A stretch of 64,000 nucleotides of DNA from Malacoraja senta (Eukaryota). Positions 1-10,686 of this stretch are shown piece after piece. The DNA lies in the NCBI GenBank assembly GCA_038087875.1, contig CM075988.1:4836001-4900000 (forward strand), in the 5' to 3' direction. Within the stretch, counting starts at the first letter, position 1, and each line of letters begins with the position of its first letter. The position numbers and the translations under genes were made by a program. The notes beneath the pieces are model-generated. The model was not told the DNA's origin. It saw only the letters and a list, made by a program, of their open reading frames with translations, and searched no databases.

Positions 1-546
1 TTTGCTGGAATCTGGAGAGAACAACACAAACTGAAGGAGGAACATAGTCCTGATGCAGGGTATGAAGCCGAAAGTCCGACCATCCCTCTGCATCCTCAGA
101 TGCTGGCTGCTCCTCCAATTTCTTTGTTATTTGTTCTTGCTCTGCGTGTTTTGTTTCCACAATTTTGCATTCTTCCTTGTTGATGTCAATCAGGCTCGAA
201 CATCCTAACTTGTGAAGACTTCTCCAGGTATTTCTGATTATCTTTTCAAACTTACTTATAAATATATTTTTCAAAATAAATGTTATTATTTAAAAATCCT
301 TTTGCCAACATTTATGCTGCTATTTGGGTCTTAAAAAAATATTTCCTTTTCATTTATTTAAAAGTAACCATGCAGTTCTTCCTGGTTGTCAGCAGTTTTC
401 TCATGCACTCCCTTCGGCTTTTCAATGTATTTTTAATTTCACCAACCCCTGTACTTGCTGCCATCTTTCATCACTTATGCAGCATTGAGCCGTCGGAATT
501 TGTGATAATCTTCAGGTTTGCTTTATCCAACCCTGCATGTTCTATG

Positions 547-739
547 TGTGGGTAAGAACTGCAGATGCTGGTTTAAACGGAAGATAGACGCAAAATGCTG
601 GAGTAACTCAGTGGGACAGGCAGCATCTCTGGAGAGAAGGAATGGCTAACGTTTCGGGTCAAGACCTTGGGTCACTCATTCCTTCTCTCCAGAGATACTG
701 CCTGTCCCGCTGAGTTACTCCAGCATTTTGTGTCCATCT
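547..739. mobile_element. Fold-back mini-Penelope (inverted pseudo-LTR fragments)
   Basis: ~70-bp inverted arms (AAAATGCTGGAGTAACTCAG...GGAATG / CATTCC...CTGAGTTACTCCAGCATTTT); flanked by degenerate 15-bp direct repeat CCTGCATGTTCTATG (532-546) / CCTGTATGTTCCATG (740-754); same sequence as the 3' end of the Penelope element at 25005-25100. Confidence 0.75.
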
Positions 740-849
740 CCTGTATGTTCCATGATATCCATGGGTGTTGAGATCTGAGCGTTGTATTTTGTTTAGTTGG
801 GAATATGTTTGATCTGAACCTTCATACTTCGTCCTTGCACTTACAGAAT

Positions 850-1139
850 TGTCCATTGCATTGACACAGAGAACCCCAACAAGCCAGACTACGAGTGCTT
901 GTCTGTACGGAGTTTGTACCTTCTCCCCGTGACCTGCGTGGGTTTTCCCCGTGAGCTCCGGTTTTCTCCCACACTTCAAAGGAGTACAGGTTTGTAGGAT
1001 AATTGACGTTTTAAAGTTTGTAAATTATCCTAGTGTGTGTAGGACAGAGTTAATATATGGGGATCGCTGGTCAGCGCATGCTCGGCAGGCCGAAGAGACT
1101 ATTTTCGCGCTGTATGTCTAAACTAAAAAAAACTAAAAA
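850..1139 (+). mobile_element. HE1-like V-SINE, 5' degenerate
   Basis: V-SINE core TGCGTGGGTTTTCCCCGTGAGCTCCGGTTTTCTCCCACA; CR1-like 3' tail ending in (CTAAA)n. Confidence 0.8.
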
Positions 1140-1628
1140 TCAAGCCTGAGGAATATCAAACACTAAAAACTAGGCGGAATCGGAGGTGACATGACACCTA
1201 AATAGGTAATATCATCGGCAGTGAAGATGGTTCTCAAGAATTACAGTGGGATCCTGATCAGTTGGGCAAGTGGGCCGAGGAATGACAAGTTTAGTTTAGT
1301 TGATTGTCAAGTGTACCGAGGTACAGTGAAAAGTTTTGCTGCTTGCTAACCAGTCAGCGGAAAGACGATAGAAAATGGACAACATGAAGTTTAGTAAGTG
1401 TGAGGTGGTACACTTTCGAAAGTCAAACCAACACAGGAATTTCACAGTGAATAGTAGAGCACTGGGGATGTTGTGGAGGCAGAGGATCTGGGAGTACAAC
1501 TACATAGTTCCCTAGGGGGTGCAGAGAAGATTTACAAGGATGTTGCCAGGACTCGAGAGCCTGGGTCATTGGGAGTGTTTAGGCAGATTAGGACTTGATT
1601 CCTTGGAGCGCAGGAGGCCAGTTCCAGC

Positions 1629-1945
1629 TTAGTTTATTGGCACGTGTACCGAGGTATGGTGAAAAGCTTTTGTTACGTGCTAACCAGTGAGCAGAAAGAC
1701 AATACGTGATTACAATCGAGCCATTTACACTGTATAGATACATGATAAGGGAATAACGTTTAGTGCAACGTCAAGCCAGCAAAGTCCGATCACGGATAGT
1801 CTGAGGGTCACCAATGAGTTAGATAGTAGTTCAGCACTGCCCTGTGGTTGTGGTAGCATGATTCAGTTGCCTGATAACTGCTGGGAATAATCTGGAGGTG
1901 TGCATTTTCACACTTCTCTGCCTTTTGCCTGATGAGAGGGGAGAT
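1629..1945 (-). mobile_element. 3' fragment of a Rex1/Babar- or L2-type LINE
   Basis: Same 3'UTR recurs at ~23250-23690, 25925-26370, 33060-33470. Confidence 0.6.
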
Positions 1946-1953
1946 GTCTTTAA

Positions 1954-2127
1954 TGTGCCTGTCCCACTTGGGAAACTTTTTAGGCGAGTGCAGGAGACTC
2001 TGTGCTCGCCACATGGTCGCCACATGTTTGCTGGTGGTCTCTGGTGAGTCTCCTTCATGGTCACGAGGAGTTCCCGCATTCTGGGAACTGGTCGAGGCCT
2101 CAGTATGGTCGCCGCAAATTTTTCAAC
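1954..2127. mobile_element. PIF/Harbinger-type MITE, left part (split by L1 pair)
   Basis: TAA then TGTGCCTGTCCCACTTGGG, matching the TIR AGGGCCTGTCCC(A/G)CTTGG of the intact MITE at 50307-50933. Confidence 0.7.
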
Positions 2128-2147
2128 ACTTCCGGTGACGCCATGTT
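2128..2147 (+). promoter_or_regulatory. Putative L1 internal promoter start (ETS- and YY1-like motifs)
   Basis: ACTTCCGG (ETS/GABP-like) immediately followed by CGCCATGTT (YY1-like) at the 5' edge; motif match only. Confidence 0.45.
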
Positions 2148-2377
2148 GCATTGAACAGATGTACCATTTAGCTCCGTGCCCGTAATTAGCGAATTTTCGC
2201 TTTAAAAATCATTTTGGAGTCGGGACCGGGTGAAAAAAATAACCGGTGGCGTCATGTTAGACTAACAGACGTGCACCCAGCTCCTCTCCCGAAAAACTTC
2301 ACGATTTATCGTGTAAAACGGGTCCGAAAATCGGGATTGTTTTTAAAAACCTTACCGGAGCTTCTGGTTACCGCGCT

Positions 2378-2389
2378 GATGACGTCATC
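2378..2389. promoter_or_regulatory. CRE palindrome in L1-A 5'UTR
   Basis: GATGACGTCATC; the same palindrome is kept in L1-B at 8541-8552 although neighbouring sequence has diverged. Confidence 0.5.
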
Positions 2390-2535
2390 GTTAAACGCGA
2401 TGTTTTAAACGGTGGTTTGAAGCCCTTTAAATGAGTAAATTGACTCCAGCTGTGAGCCCTCAGAGAGCTGTGAATAAGCTGTCGAAAAAGTTCGAAGCAG
2501 AAGTTACCTCTGAAGTCTCTGAAGTGGCTGCAGAA

Positions 2536-3496
2536 ATGGATACAAGATCTAAGAAAGACTTTGATGACTTGAAGAAATCAATGAAAAATTTGAAAGATCT
2601 CGGATAATAGGGTGGAAGATAAGAAGGAAATGAAGGAAAATTCGGCAAAAATGATGGAAGGAATGGAGAAGATGATGAAGGATTTAAACGCTGGTAACCA
2701 GAAGAATATGACGGATTTACTGGACATTATGAATAAACGAATTGATGAGGTGAAAGATGGACTATCAGAGAAAATGGATAAGATGGATGTAATTACTACG
2801 GATAAGTTCACGGCTGTACTTGAAACAGTAGCTGCAAGTATGCACACAATTACGGAATTGGAGAAAAATACGGCTCGACTGGTTGAAGACATGGCGAAAT
2901 TGAGGCAAGAACATGAGCAAATGAGGCGAGAAAACGAACAAGCATCACTACAAATGGGGACTCAATTAGAGAAAGTCTCATTCAAATGCCTGGACCTGGA
3001 AGCTCGCTCTAGACGCCAGAATTTGAGAATTCTTGGTGTTTCAGAGGGGGCAGAAGGGGAACAGGTACATGAATTTGCCATGGGCTTGTTGAAACAACTG
3101 TTGAATCTTTCCAAGGAACCGAAAATCGAAGTGGCTCATCGTGTCCCAAGATTTGGAAAAAGATCTGATGCGGGAAAAGCTTATCCACGACATATTATAG
3201 TGAAATTTCGAGATACTGCAGAACTGGAATACGTTATGAGTAAAATCAAATATGGTGTACAATTACGGCTGGACAAGGACACTATTAAGATATTCAGGGA
3301 CTACCCACATGAAATTGTGCAAAAAAGAAACAAATTTGATAAGGTTAAAGATCTTTTAAGAGGGAGAGAAGGGGTCAGATTTGGGGTTTTTTATCCCACG
3401 AAAATGCGTATTTCCTTTAATGGTCTTGAAAAGTCATTTGTTAAGCCTGAAGACGCTTTCAAATATGCCCAAACGATTGTTGAAAAACAGAAATAA
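2536..3496 (+). pseudogene. L1-A ORF1p (coiled coil + RRM/CTD, Transposase_22-like), one frameshift near 2594-2604
   Basis: DLEARSRRQNLRILG motif, heptad-rich N-terminus; ATG 2536 (AAATGGATACAAGAT) aligns with the L1-B ORF1 start (AAATGGCTACAAGAT) but is out of frame with 2612..3496. Confidence 0.88.
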
Positions 3497-4052
3497 AAGG
3501 GAGCTTTGGCAGATCCGAATAATTCTCAGCTATGTTTTGTCTGGGGATAGTTACACTGTTATCTCTGGAATGTTGAAGCAAGGACATTTTCTGTTCAAAA
3601 CGTGTAAACAACTTTATAGCTGGAATATGAATTAGAAAATAATTGCTTATTGATTAAAATGTTATAACCAATTGTAAGAACTTATCCTATTAACAACTTT
3701 AAAAGTTATGCAGGTTAGATTAGAATACTAACAAAAAAAACAAAAAAATAATGAACTAACATACTAATATGAATTTTTAATAAATTGTAACCTTGTCTAT
3801 AAGCGGGAGGAGGGGATGAGAAACGAGCTCCTGACTTATGTCCAGGAGCACGTCTCGTTAACCCCTTCAACCAACAGCTGATTCTTATTGAAATCAAAAA
3901 TATTGGTTTAATAATTAAACTCTGATATATATATATGTTATAAGGAAATATCAGGGTAAAATTGTATTATATATCTGAATGTGAGGCCTCGTTTTAATAT
4001 TTTAATATGTTATGATTAACTAAGAGAGCGGAGCTAGTTGAGCAACAACGCA

Positions 4053-4310
4053 ATGGAAGTCAAAATAAGGTTTTTTCCCACCTACAGGTGGGTCACTCGC
4101 TACAGTGCCGACTATAGACACTGTAGCCTCACTTTTTTAGTTTTTTTTTTATCACATAAAATTACTTGTTTGTGTTTTGTGTTTAGTGATAAGAATAATA
4201 TGGACATACCAACAAAAGTTAATAATTCAAAAACTCCCCCAATACCTAAAGACCTGGGATATGGACGCACCACAAGATTCAAAGGTACTATAATTATTCA
4301 AAATGCATGA
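4053..4310 (+). CDS. Candidate small inter-ORF protein of L1-A (85 aa), stop overlapping the ORF2 start
   Basis: MEVKIRFF...RHCSLTFLVFF...FVFS...KDLGY; a homologous frame stays open in L1-B (10428-10667); ATGcaTGA overlap with ORF2. Confidence 0.35.
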   Translation: MEVKIRFFPTYRWVTRYSADYRHCSLTFLVFFLSHKITCLCFVFSDKNNMDIPTKVNNSKTPPIPKDLGYGRTTRFKGTIIIQNA

Positions 4311-7300
4311 CACCACACAAAAGAACCTAGGAGGAATCTCATTTTGTAGTTGGAATATAAGAGGTATTAACGAACCTATCAAAAGGGGTAAGATATTAGC
4401 TCAGCTAAAAATGTATAATTCTGACATTACCTTCCTACAAGAAACACACCTAAAACCTCAGGACCAAGTTAGGCTGAGGGCGAAATGGATAGGTCAAACA
4501 TACCACTCTTCATTCACTTCAAAATCTAGAGGCACGTCAACTATCATAAGAAAAGGTATACCATTTAAAGCAAAGAATATTATAACAGATATAGAAGGGA
4601 GATACTTAATAGTTAATGGAGAAATCCATGACACTCCACTTACTTTGGTAAATATATATGCCCCTAACTTTGATAACCCCCACTTTTTCAATAAAATCTT
4701 CAATATAATTGCAGAGTCAAACTATCAAAATGTTATAATAGGCGGAGACTTTAACTGTGTTTTAGATCCGTACTTAGATAAATCAAGTCAAAAACAGAGA
4801 GGGAATATGAAATCGAAAACTGGGGAACTCCTCAATACCTACATAAATAACACTAATATAGCAGATGTTTGGAGAATTGTGAATCCAACTGGCAGGGAAT
4901 ATTCGTTTTACTCAATGGTACATAAGACATACTCACGTATAGACTACTTTCTGCTGGATACAAAATTAATCCCCCAAACATCTAATGCAATATACCATAC
5001 AAATTCAATTTCAGACCATTCTCCACTAACTTTCTTTTTAAAACTGGAAGGATTGTCTAAGAATAATTCATTCTGGAGATTTAACTCTCAAATTTTAAAA
5101 GATCCACAAGCGAGTATATATTTAAAAGAACAAATGGAGGTCTTTTTTCAAACAAATGATACTTCAGATATATCGCCTACTTTGGGAATCTTTTAAAGCA
5201 TACATTAGGGGTATTATAATTTCATATCAAGCTTTTCAAAATAAAAAGAATAAGAATGAACAAAGACAGTTAGAAGAACTTATTAGACAAATGGATATAG
5301 ATAATGCTAAAGATCCATCAATAGATAAACATAATAAAATAATAATTTTAAAATTTAAATTAAATAAATTATTATCTGCCAAACTTATAAGACTTTTTCA
5401 AATTACAAAACAAGAGCACTTTGAATTTGGGGATAAACCGCATAAACTTTTGGCTCGCCAGCTAAAAAAACGAGAAAAGGAACATACTATACCAAAGATC
5501 AAATCAGATAAAGGGGAATTATTAACAACACCGAAGGATATTAATAAAAGATTTGCGCAATTTTACGAGAATTTGTATACATCTAAAACGATAATTGATT
5601 CCAATAATATCACAAAGTTCTTGGATACCTGTAATCTTCCAAAGTTAGAGCTGAAGGAACAAGAGGAACTGGGTGCACAAATCTCAATTAAGGAATTAGA
5701 AGATACAATAAACTCACTAAAAAATGGAAAAACACCAGGCCCTGATGGATTTACTAATGAATTTTATAAAAGCTTTTATGATAAAATAATACCAAGATTA
5801 CAAAAAATGTACCAATACGCTTTTAAAAAACGAATACTACCTGATACATTAGCGGAATCAACGATTACATTAATACCTAAGAAAAATAAGGATTTAGAAG
5901 AACCTGGCTCATATAGAGCTATAGCATTGTTAAACACAGATCAAAAAATATTAGCGAAAACATTAGCCAGAAGATTAAGTAAATACATTAGTAAATTAAT
6001 AAACCCAGATCAGACAGGGTTTATCCCTAAGAGATACTCTTCTAATAATATGAGACGTCTACTCAACATAATGCACTCACACAAATCTGAAGATCAAGAA
6101 TTATCAATTATTTCGCTGGATGCTGAAAAAGCATTTGATCAAGTAGAATGGAATTATATGGATAAAGTATTACAAAAAATTCAACTGGGAGAGAATTTTA
6201 TTTTATGGATTAAGTTACTATATAACAAACCTACAGCTAGAATACTTACTAATAACATATTATCCTCGAAATTTCAACTATCAAGGGGAAATAGACAAGG
6301 ATGCTCATTATCACCACAGCTGTTTGCTCTCATTATTGAACCGCTAGCAGAAAAAATTAGAATACACCCTGATATTCATGGATATAATACTAAAGACTCA
6401 TATAATAAAATATCTTTATACGCGGATGATATATTATTGTATATTACAAAACCTCAAATCACTATACCAAATATATTAAATTTAATTGAAGACTTCGGAT
6501 CTTTTTCTGGATATAGAATAAATTGTAATAAAAGTGAAATTATGTCAATAAAACCGAAAGATTCAACACATCTTTTAAAATTCCCTTTTAAAATAGCTAC
6601 AGAAAAATTTAAATATTTGGGAATTGAAATTACCAGAGCATATCAAGGTATGTTCAGGGCAAATTTTGACCCCCTACTTAATAAACTGAATACATTAATT
6701 AAATTCTGGAAAACGCTCCCGATGTCTTTAATAGGCCGAATAAACGCAATAAAAATGATCTTTTTACCACAAATTTTATACCTATTTCAATCAATTCCTA
6801 TATACTTACCTAAGAAGTTTTTTAAAAAACTCGACTCAGATATCACTAATTTTATATGGGACTATAAATCACATAGAATACAAAAAACCCATCTGAATAA
6901 ATCTAAAGTATTGGGGGGTCTAGCACTACCTAATTTTATGTATTATTATTGGTCAGTAAATATTAAAAACATGATTCAACTGATGGATAACTCCGCCCAG
7001 CAAGTAGACTGGATTGTAATGGAGAAAGAGGATTGCTCCTCTAGAAACATTGGAGCGATCCTCCTCTCTCCAATGAAATTGAATAACATAAACTATAATA
7101 AGAACCCAATTATTCATAGTACAATCCGTATTTGGAAACAAATAAAACAAAATTTAAAATTAAGAAACTTATCACTTTTATTACCTATAGTCAATAACCC
7201 TTCGTTTAGTCCTTCTATTATAGATAAAGCTTATACACAATGGGATAGACTAGGAATTAAAACGCTTGGTGACTTGTATGAAACTGGAAAATTACTTTCA

Positions 7301-8089
7301 TTTCAACAATTACAAATAAAATATAAACTCGGAAATAATCAATATTTTAAATACTTTCAAATATGCGACTATTTGAAAAAATATACAAAAGATCATCATA
7401 ATAACCCAGCAGATGTACTGGACGAGGCAATGCAGATAAAAGCGGAATCAGCAAACTTAATATCATATTTGTACAATATTATCTTAAATGCACAAATACC
7501 ATCTACGGAGGGTATCAGAAGAGACTGGGAACAAGAGTTAGCTATTAAAATTTCAAAGGAAAGTTGGAATGAATACTTATTAAAAGTGCATAAATGCTCG
7601 ATTAATGTAAGACACACTTTAATACAATTTAAAATTTTACATAGATTATATTATTCGAAAACTAAAATTCATAAAATTTTCCCAAACGTATCATCTATTT
7701 GTGATAAATGTCAATCCCAAGAAGCAACTATAGCGCACTCATTTGTCTTCTGTACAAAAATTCAAAAATTTTGGAATGAAATTTTTGAAATCTTTACAAA
7801 GTTATTTAAAACAAGACTGATACCCAAAGCAGAATGGATTATCTTCGGAATAACGGAAGATGATCCAGAACTAAATGTGTTTCAAAAGAAATTAATGGAT
7901 TATGGGTTAATAACTGGAAAAAAGCTAATTCTAAAATTTTGGAAGAAGGCTCCAATACCAACTATAAATATGTGGATTTCAAATATGTTTGAAACATTAC
8001 ACCTTGAAGAGATAAGACTCCTCCTAGCAGGTAAACCAGATCACTTCCACCTGACGTGGTCTGCATTTATAGAATTATTACAAACATAG
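4303..8089 (+). pseudogene. L1-A ORF2p (APE endonuclease, reverse transcriptase, C-terminal CCHC), single frameshift near 5180
   Basis: WNIRG, LQETHL, GGDFN, SRIDY, SDH (APE); PGPDG, SLDAEKAFD, RQGCSLSP, LYADD, KYLG (RT); CDKC...H...C; ORFs 4303..5196 and 5156..8089 overlap at the lesion. Confidence 0.96.
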
Positions 8090-8481
8090 GGTGCAAAAGT
8101 ACTTTAAAAAAATAAAAAATTGAGGTCGGGTAAGGGGGGATGATAGTTGAAGAGTTGGTATGTCCTATTTACGTGATGCTCAAAAAAAAAAAACATTTGT
8201 TTCTCTTTTTTTCTCTTTCTCTTTTCTTTTCTTAGGGCCTATTTCTTAACTCTTTTTCTTTTTGTTTTTAATTTCGCTCTTATAGGGTCTTCGTCCTTTT
8301 TTGTTGTTACATTTTCTACACTTTTCTACACTTGCACTTTTTCCTTCACTTTCTTCTCTCTTTCAATCTTTTCTTTCTCTAGTGTAAAAAAATAAATAAA
8401 GGGAGTACATTAATTGTAAGAAGATATAAATGACGAGTATTAATGTATGTGGTTGTAATGTAATGTACTTCTAATAAATAA

Positions 8482-8516
<35 letters not shown>

Positions 8517-8747
8517 ACCGGAGCTGCTTGTCGCGGTGCTGATGACGTCATCAGAAATCGCCGCGAAAATAACGGAGGTTTAAACTATTTATGAATCAAA
8601 AAAACAACTCCCTGTCAGAGCCCTCAGAGATCTGTCTTCAAGCAGCTGCTGAAAAAACAGTCACCACCTGAAAAAATCCAAGAACCAGAAGAAGTATCTG
8701 CTGAACTTCAAGAACCTGAAGAAGCAACTGCTGTATTAGCCCTGAAA

Positions 8748-9665
8748 ATGGCTACAAGATTAAAGGCTGAAATGGCTGAAAAAGTTTTAAAGGACAAAGA
8801 GATTGAGGAAATTAAAACTTTGGTGAGTGACTTAAAAAATGAACTTCTGGCATGTAATAAAAGTATGATGGAGAGTATGATGGAGAACATGAACATCGGA
8901 AATCAGAGAGTAATTGATTCAATCGGTAATATAAATAAACGAATAGATGATGTTCATGGTGAATTATCTCTGAAAATTGATACAGTGGAAATAGACTGTA
9001 GTAATAAGTTGGATGTGGTCCACCAAACTGTTACAACATGCTGTACTGCCATTAAATATATGGAAATAGCAATGTTACAAATGGCTGAAGAAATGCAGAA
9101 AATCAAGAAGAATTATGCAGATGTCGTGGGTCAGCTGGCTAAAACGTCGGATAAATGCCTTGATTTGGAAGCAAGGTCAAGACGGCAGAATTTAAGAATA
9201 GTTGAAGTGTCAGAAGGAGAGGAGGGGGATGATCCCCAAGAGTACACTGCTAACTTACTTAAAAATATACTCAACCTGCCAGCTAAACCGAAAATAGAAG
9301 TGGCACGGCCAAATCGGCCAAAAACAAGGGCAAACATAAAAGGAGCTCCCCCACGACAGATCATTGTGAAATTTCGGGACATTTCAGCTTTGGAAGAGGC
9401 CATGAGAAAAATTCAGCACGGAAAGATTATGAAGTTTGGGACGGACACTATCAGACTTTTTAGAGACTATCCTTATGAAATTGCTAAAAAACGAGAAGCG
9501 TTTAAAAATACACAACAGATCTTGAAAGGGCACAGGGACATCAGATATGGGATAATTTATCCGGCTAAGATGATCATTACTTATAAACACACCGAACGCA
9601 AGTTTACTGATCCAGAAGCTGCTTATAAATATGCTCAAGACATCGTAAAGGAAATAGAGGCTTAA
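8748..9665 (+). CDS. L1-B ORF1p (305 aa, open)
   Basis: KCLDLEARSRRQNLRI, PKIEVA, IIVKFRD, FRDYP motifs shared with L1-A ORF1. Confidence 0.9.
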   Translation: MATRLKAEMAEKVLKDKEIEEIKTLVSDLKNELLACNKSMMESMMENMNIGNQRVIDSIGNINKRIDDVHGELSLKIDTVEIDCSNKLDVVHQTVTTCCTAIKYMEIAMLQMAEEMQKIKKNYADVVGQLAKTSDKCLDLEARSRRQNLRIVEVSEGEEGDDPQEYTANLLKNILNLPAKPKIEVARPNRPKTRANIKGAPPRQIIVKFRDISALEEAMRKIQHGKIMKFGTDTIRLFRDYPYEIAKKREAFKNTQQILKGHRDIRYGIIYPAKMIITYKHTERKFTDPEAAYKYAQDIVKEIEA

Positions 9666-10686
9666 GTAAAACATCACATCCTCAAGACAAGGTTTTTATT
9701 CTACAGACAACGGCTGAGGGAAGGTCGATAGAAATAACTTTTTAAATTTTAAGATGGCGCAGCTTCTCCATGTGCGGCTGTCTAGACTCTCTTATCTCCT
9801 CAAGGACAAATTCGGCTTCAACATGAGCGAAAGATGGAATAACAAGGGCGTGGCTGAAGGAGCAACCCAACGAAGATGGATGGGGAAAAAAATTCCTGAA
9901 TGAAAGGAATTTATCCCTACACTAATTCCATACTAACACAAAACTACTGAACTAATATAGTAATAGTAATTAAAGTTATCGAAATTAACACACTAACAGT
10001 AACAATAATTGATTTAAAATTGAATTGCTTAATTGTAAAAATGTAATAATTCATTATAAGGATTAACCCCCCCGGGTATGGGAGGAGGGGGGCTAAACAT
10101 AAGAAAATAGATTTACAATAAACTAACAAATTAATTTAGAACTTATGATAAGTTGTAGTTCAAATTTTGGGGAAGGAGGCGAGGAGATTCAGAAGCTTGG
10201 CAAATAGCCAGGTGCCTGAATCGGGTTAACCCCTTCCAACCAAAGGCAGATTAGTATGGAAGAGAAAGAAAATGTAATCATTGTTATTATAAGTAAATGG
10301 TAGATAATTTTGCAGATTATAGAAGTTTTATTTAGATATAAAGATATGACACATAAAATTTGGTTTGGTCCCAACTCCCTTTTGTAAGATTAATCAAGGG
10401 GACGGAGCTAAATGTAGATTAACAACTACGGAAGTCATTAAATATGTAACTACCACCAGTAGGTGGATAATTGGTCACAGTGTCGTTATTTTTAGACACT
10501 GTGACCTCACTTTTTTGATTTTTTTTAAATGTCACAATAATGTACACTTTTTTGTTTTTTCACTTAAGGACAATTTTGAGAGGGATGTAATAACTGAATT
10601 TATTATTGCAAATGCTCGCCCAACAGCCAGAGACCTTAGGTATTGTTTGCACCTTAAAGGTGTTTAAAGGTATTAAATAATTCAAA

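Larger units (their letters stand above)
2128..8514 (+). mobile_element. LINE-1 element A, near full length and young
   Basis: CpG-rich 5'UTR, ORF1, ~800-bp spacer, ORF2 (APE-RT-CCHC), U-rich 3'UTR, AATAAA at 8473, pure A28 tail 8487-8514. Confidence 0.96.

Noticed and set aside
194..227. 34-nt micro-exon candidate (CAG|...CAG|GTATTT)
   Set aside because: Weak donor and its only open frame is phase-incompatible with the 15753 candidate reading.
2460..3262. Antisense ORFs over L1-A ORF1 as an ORF0 analogue
   Set aside because: Shadow frames of a coiled-coil coding sequence, with no independent evidence.
4099..4138. Bacterial intrinsic terminator (hairpin + U-tract)
   Set aside because: Context is a eukaryotic L1; treated as an L1 RNA element instead.
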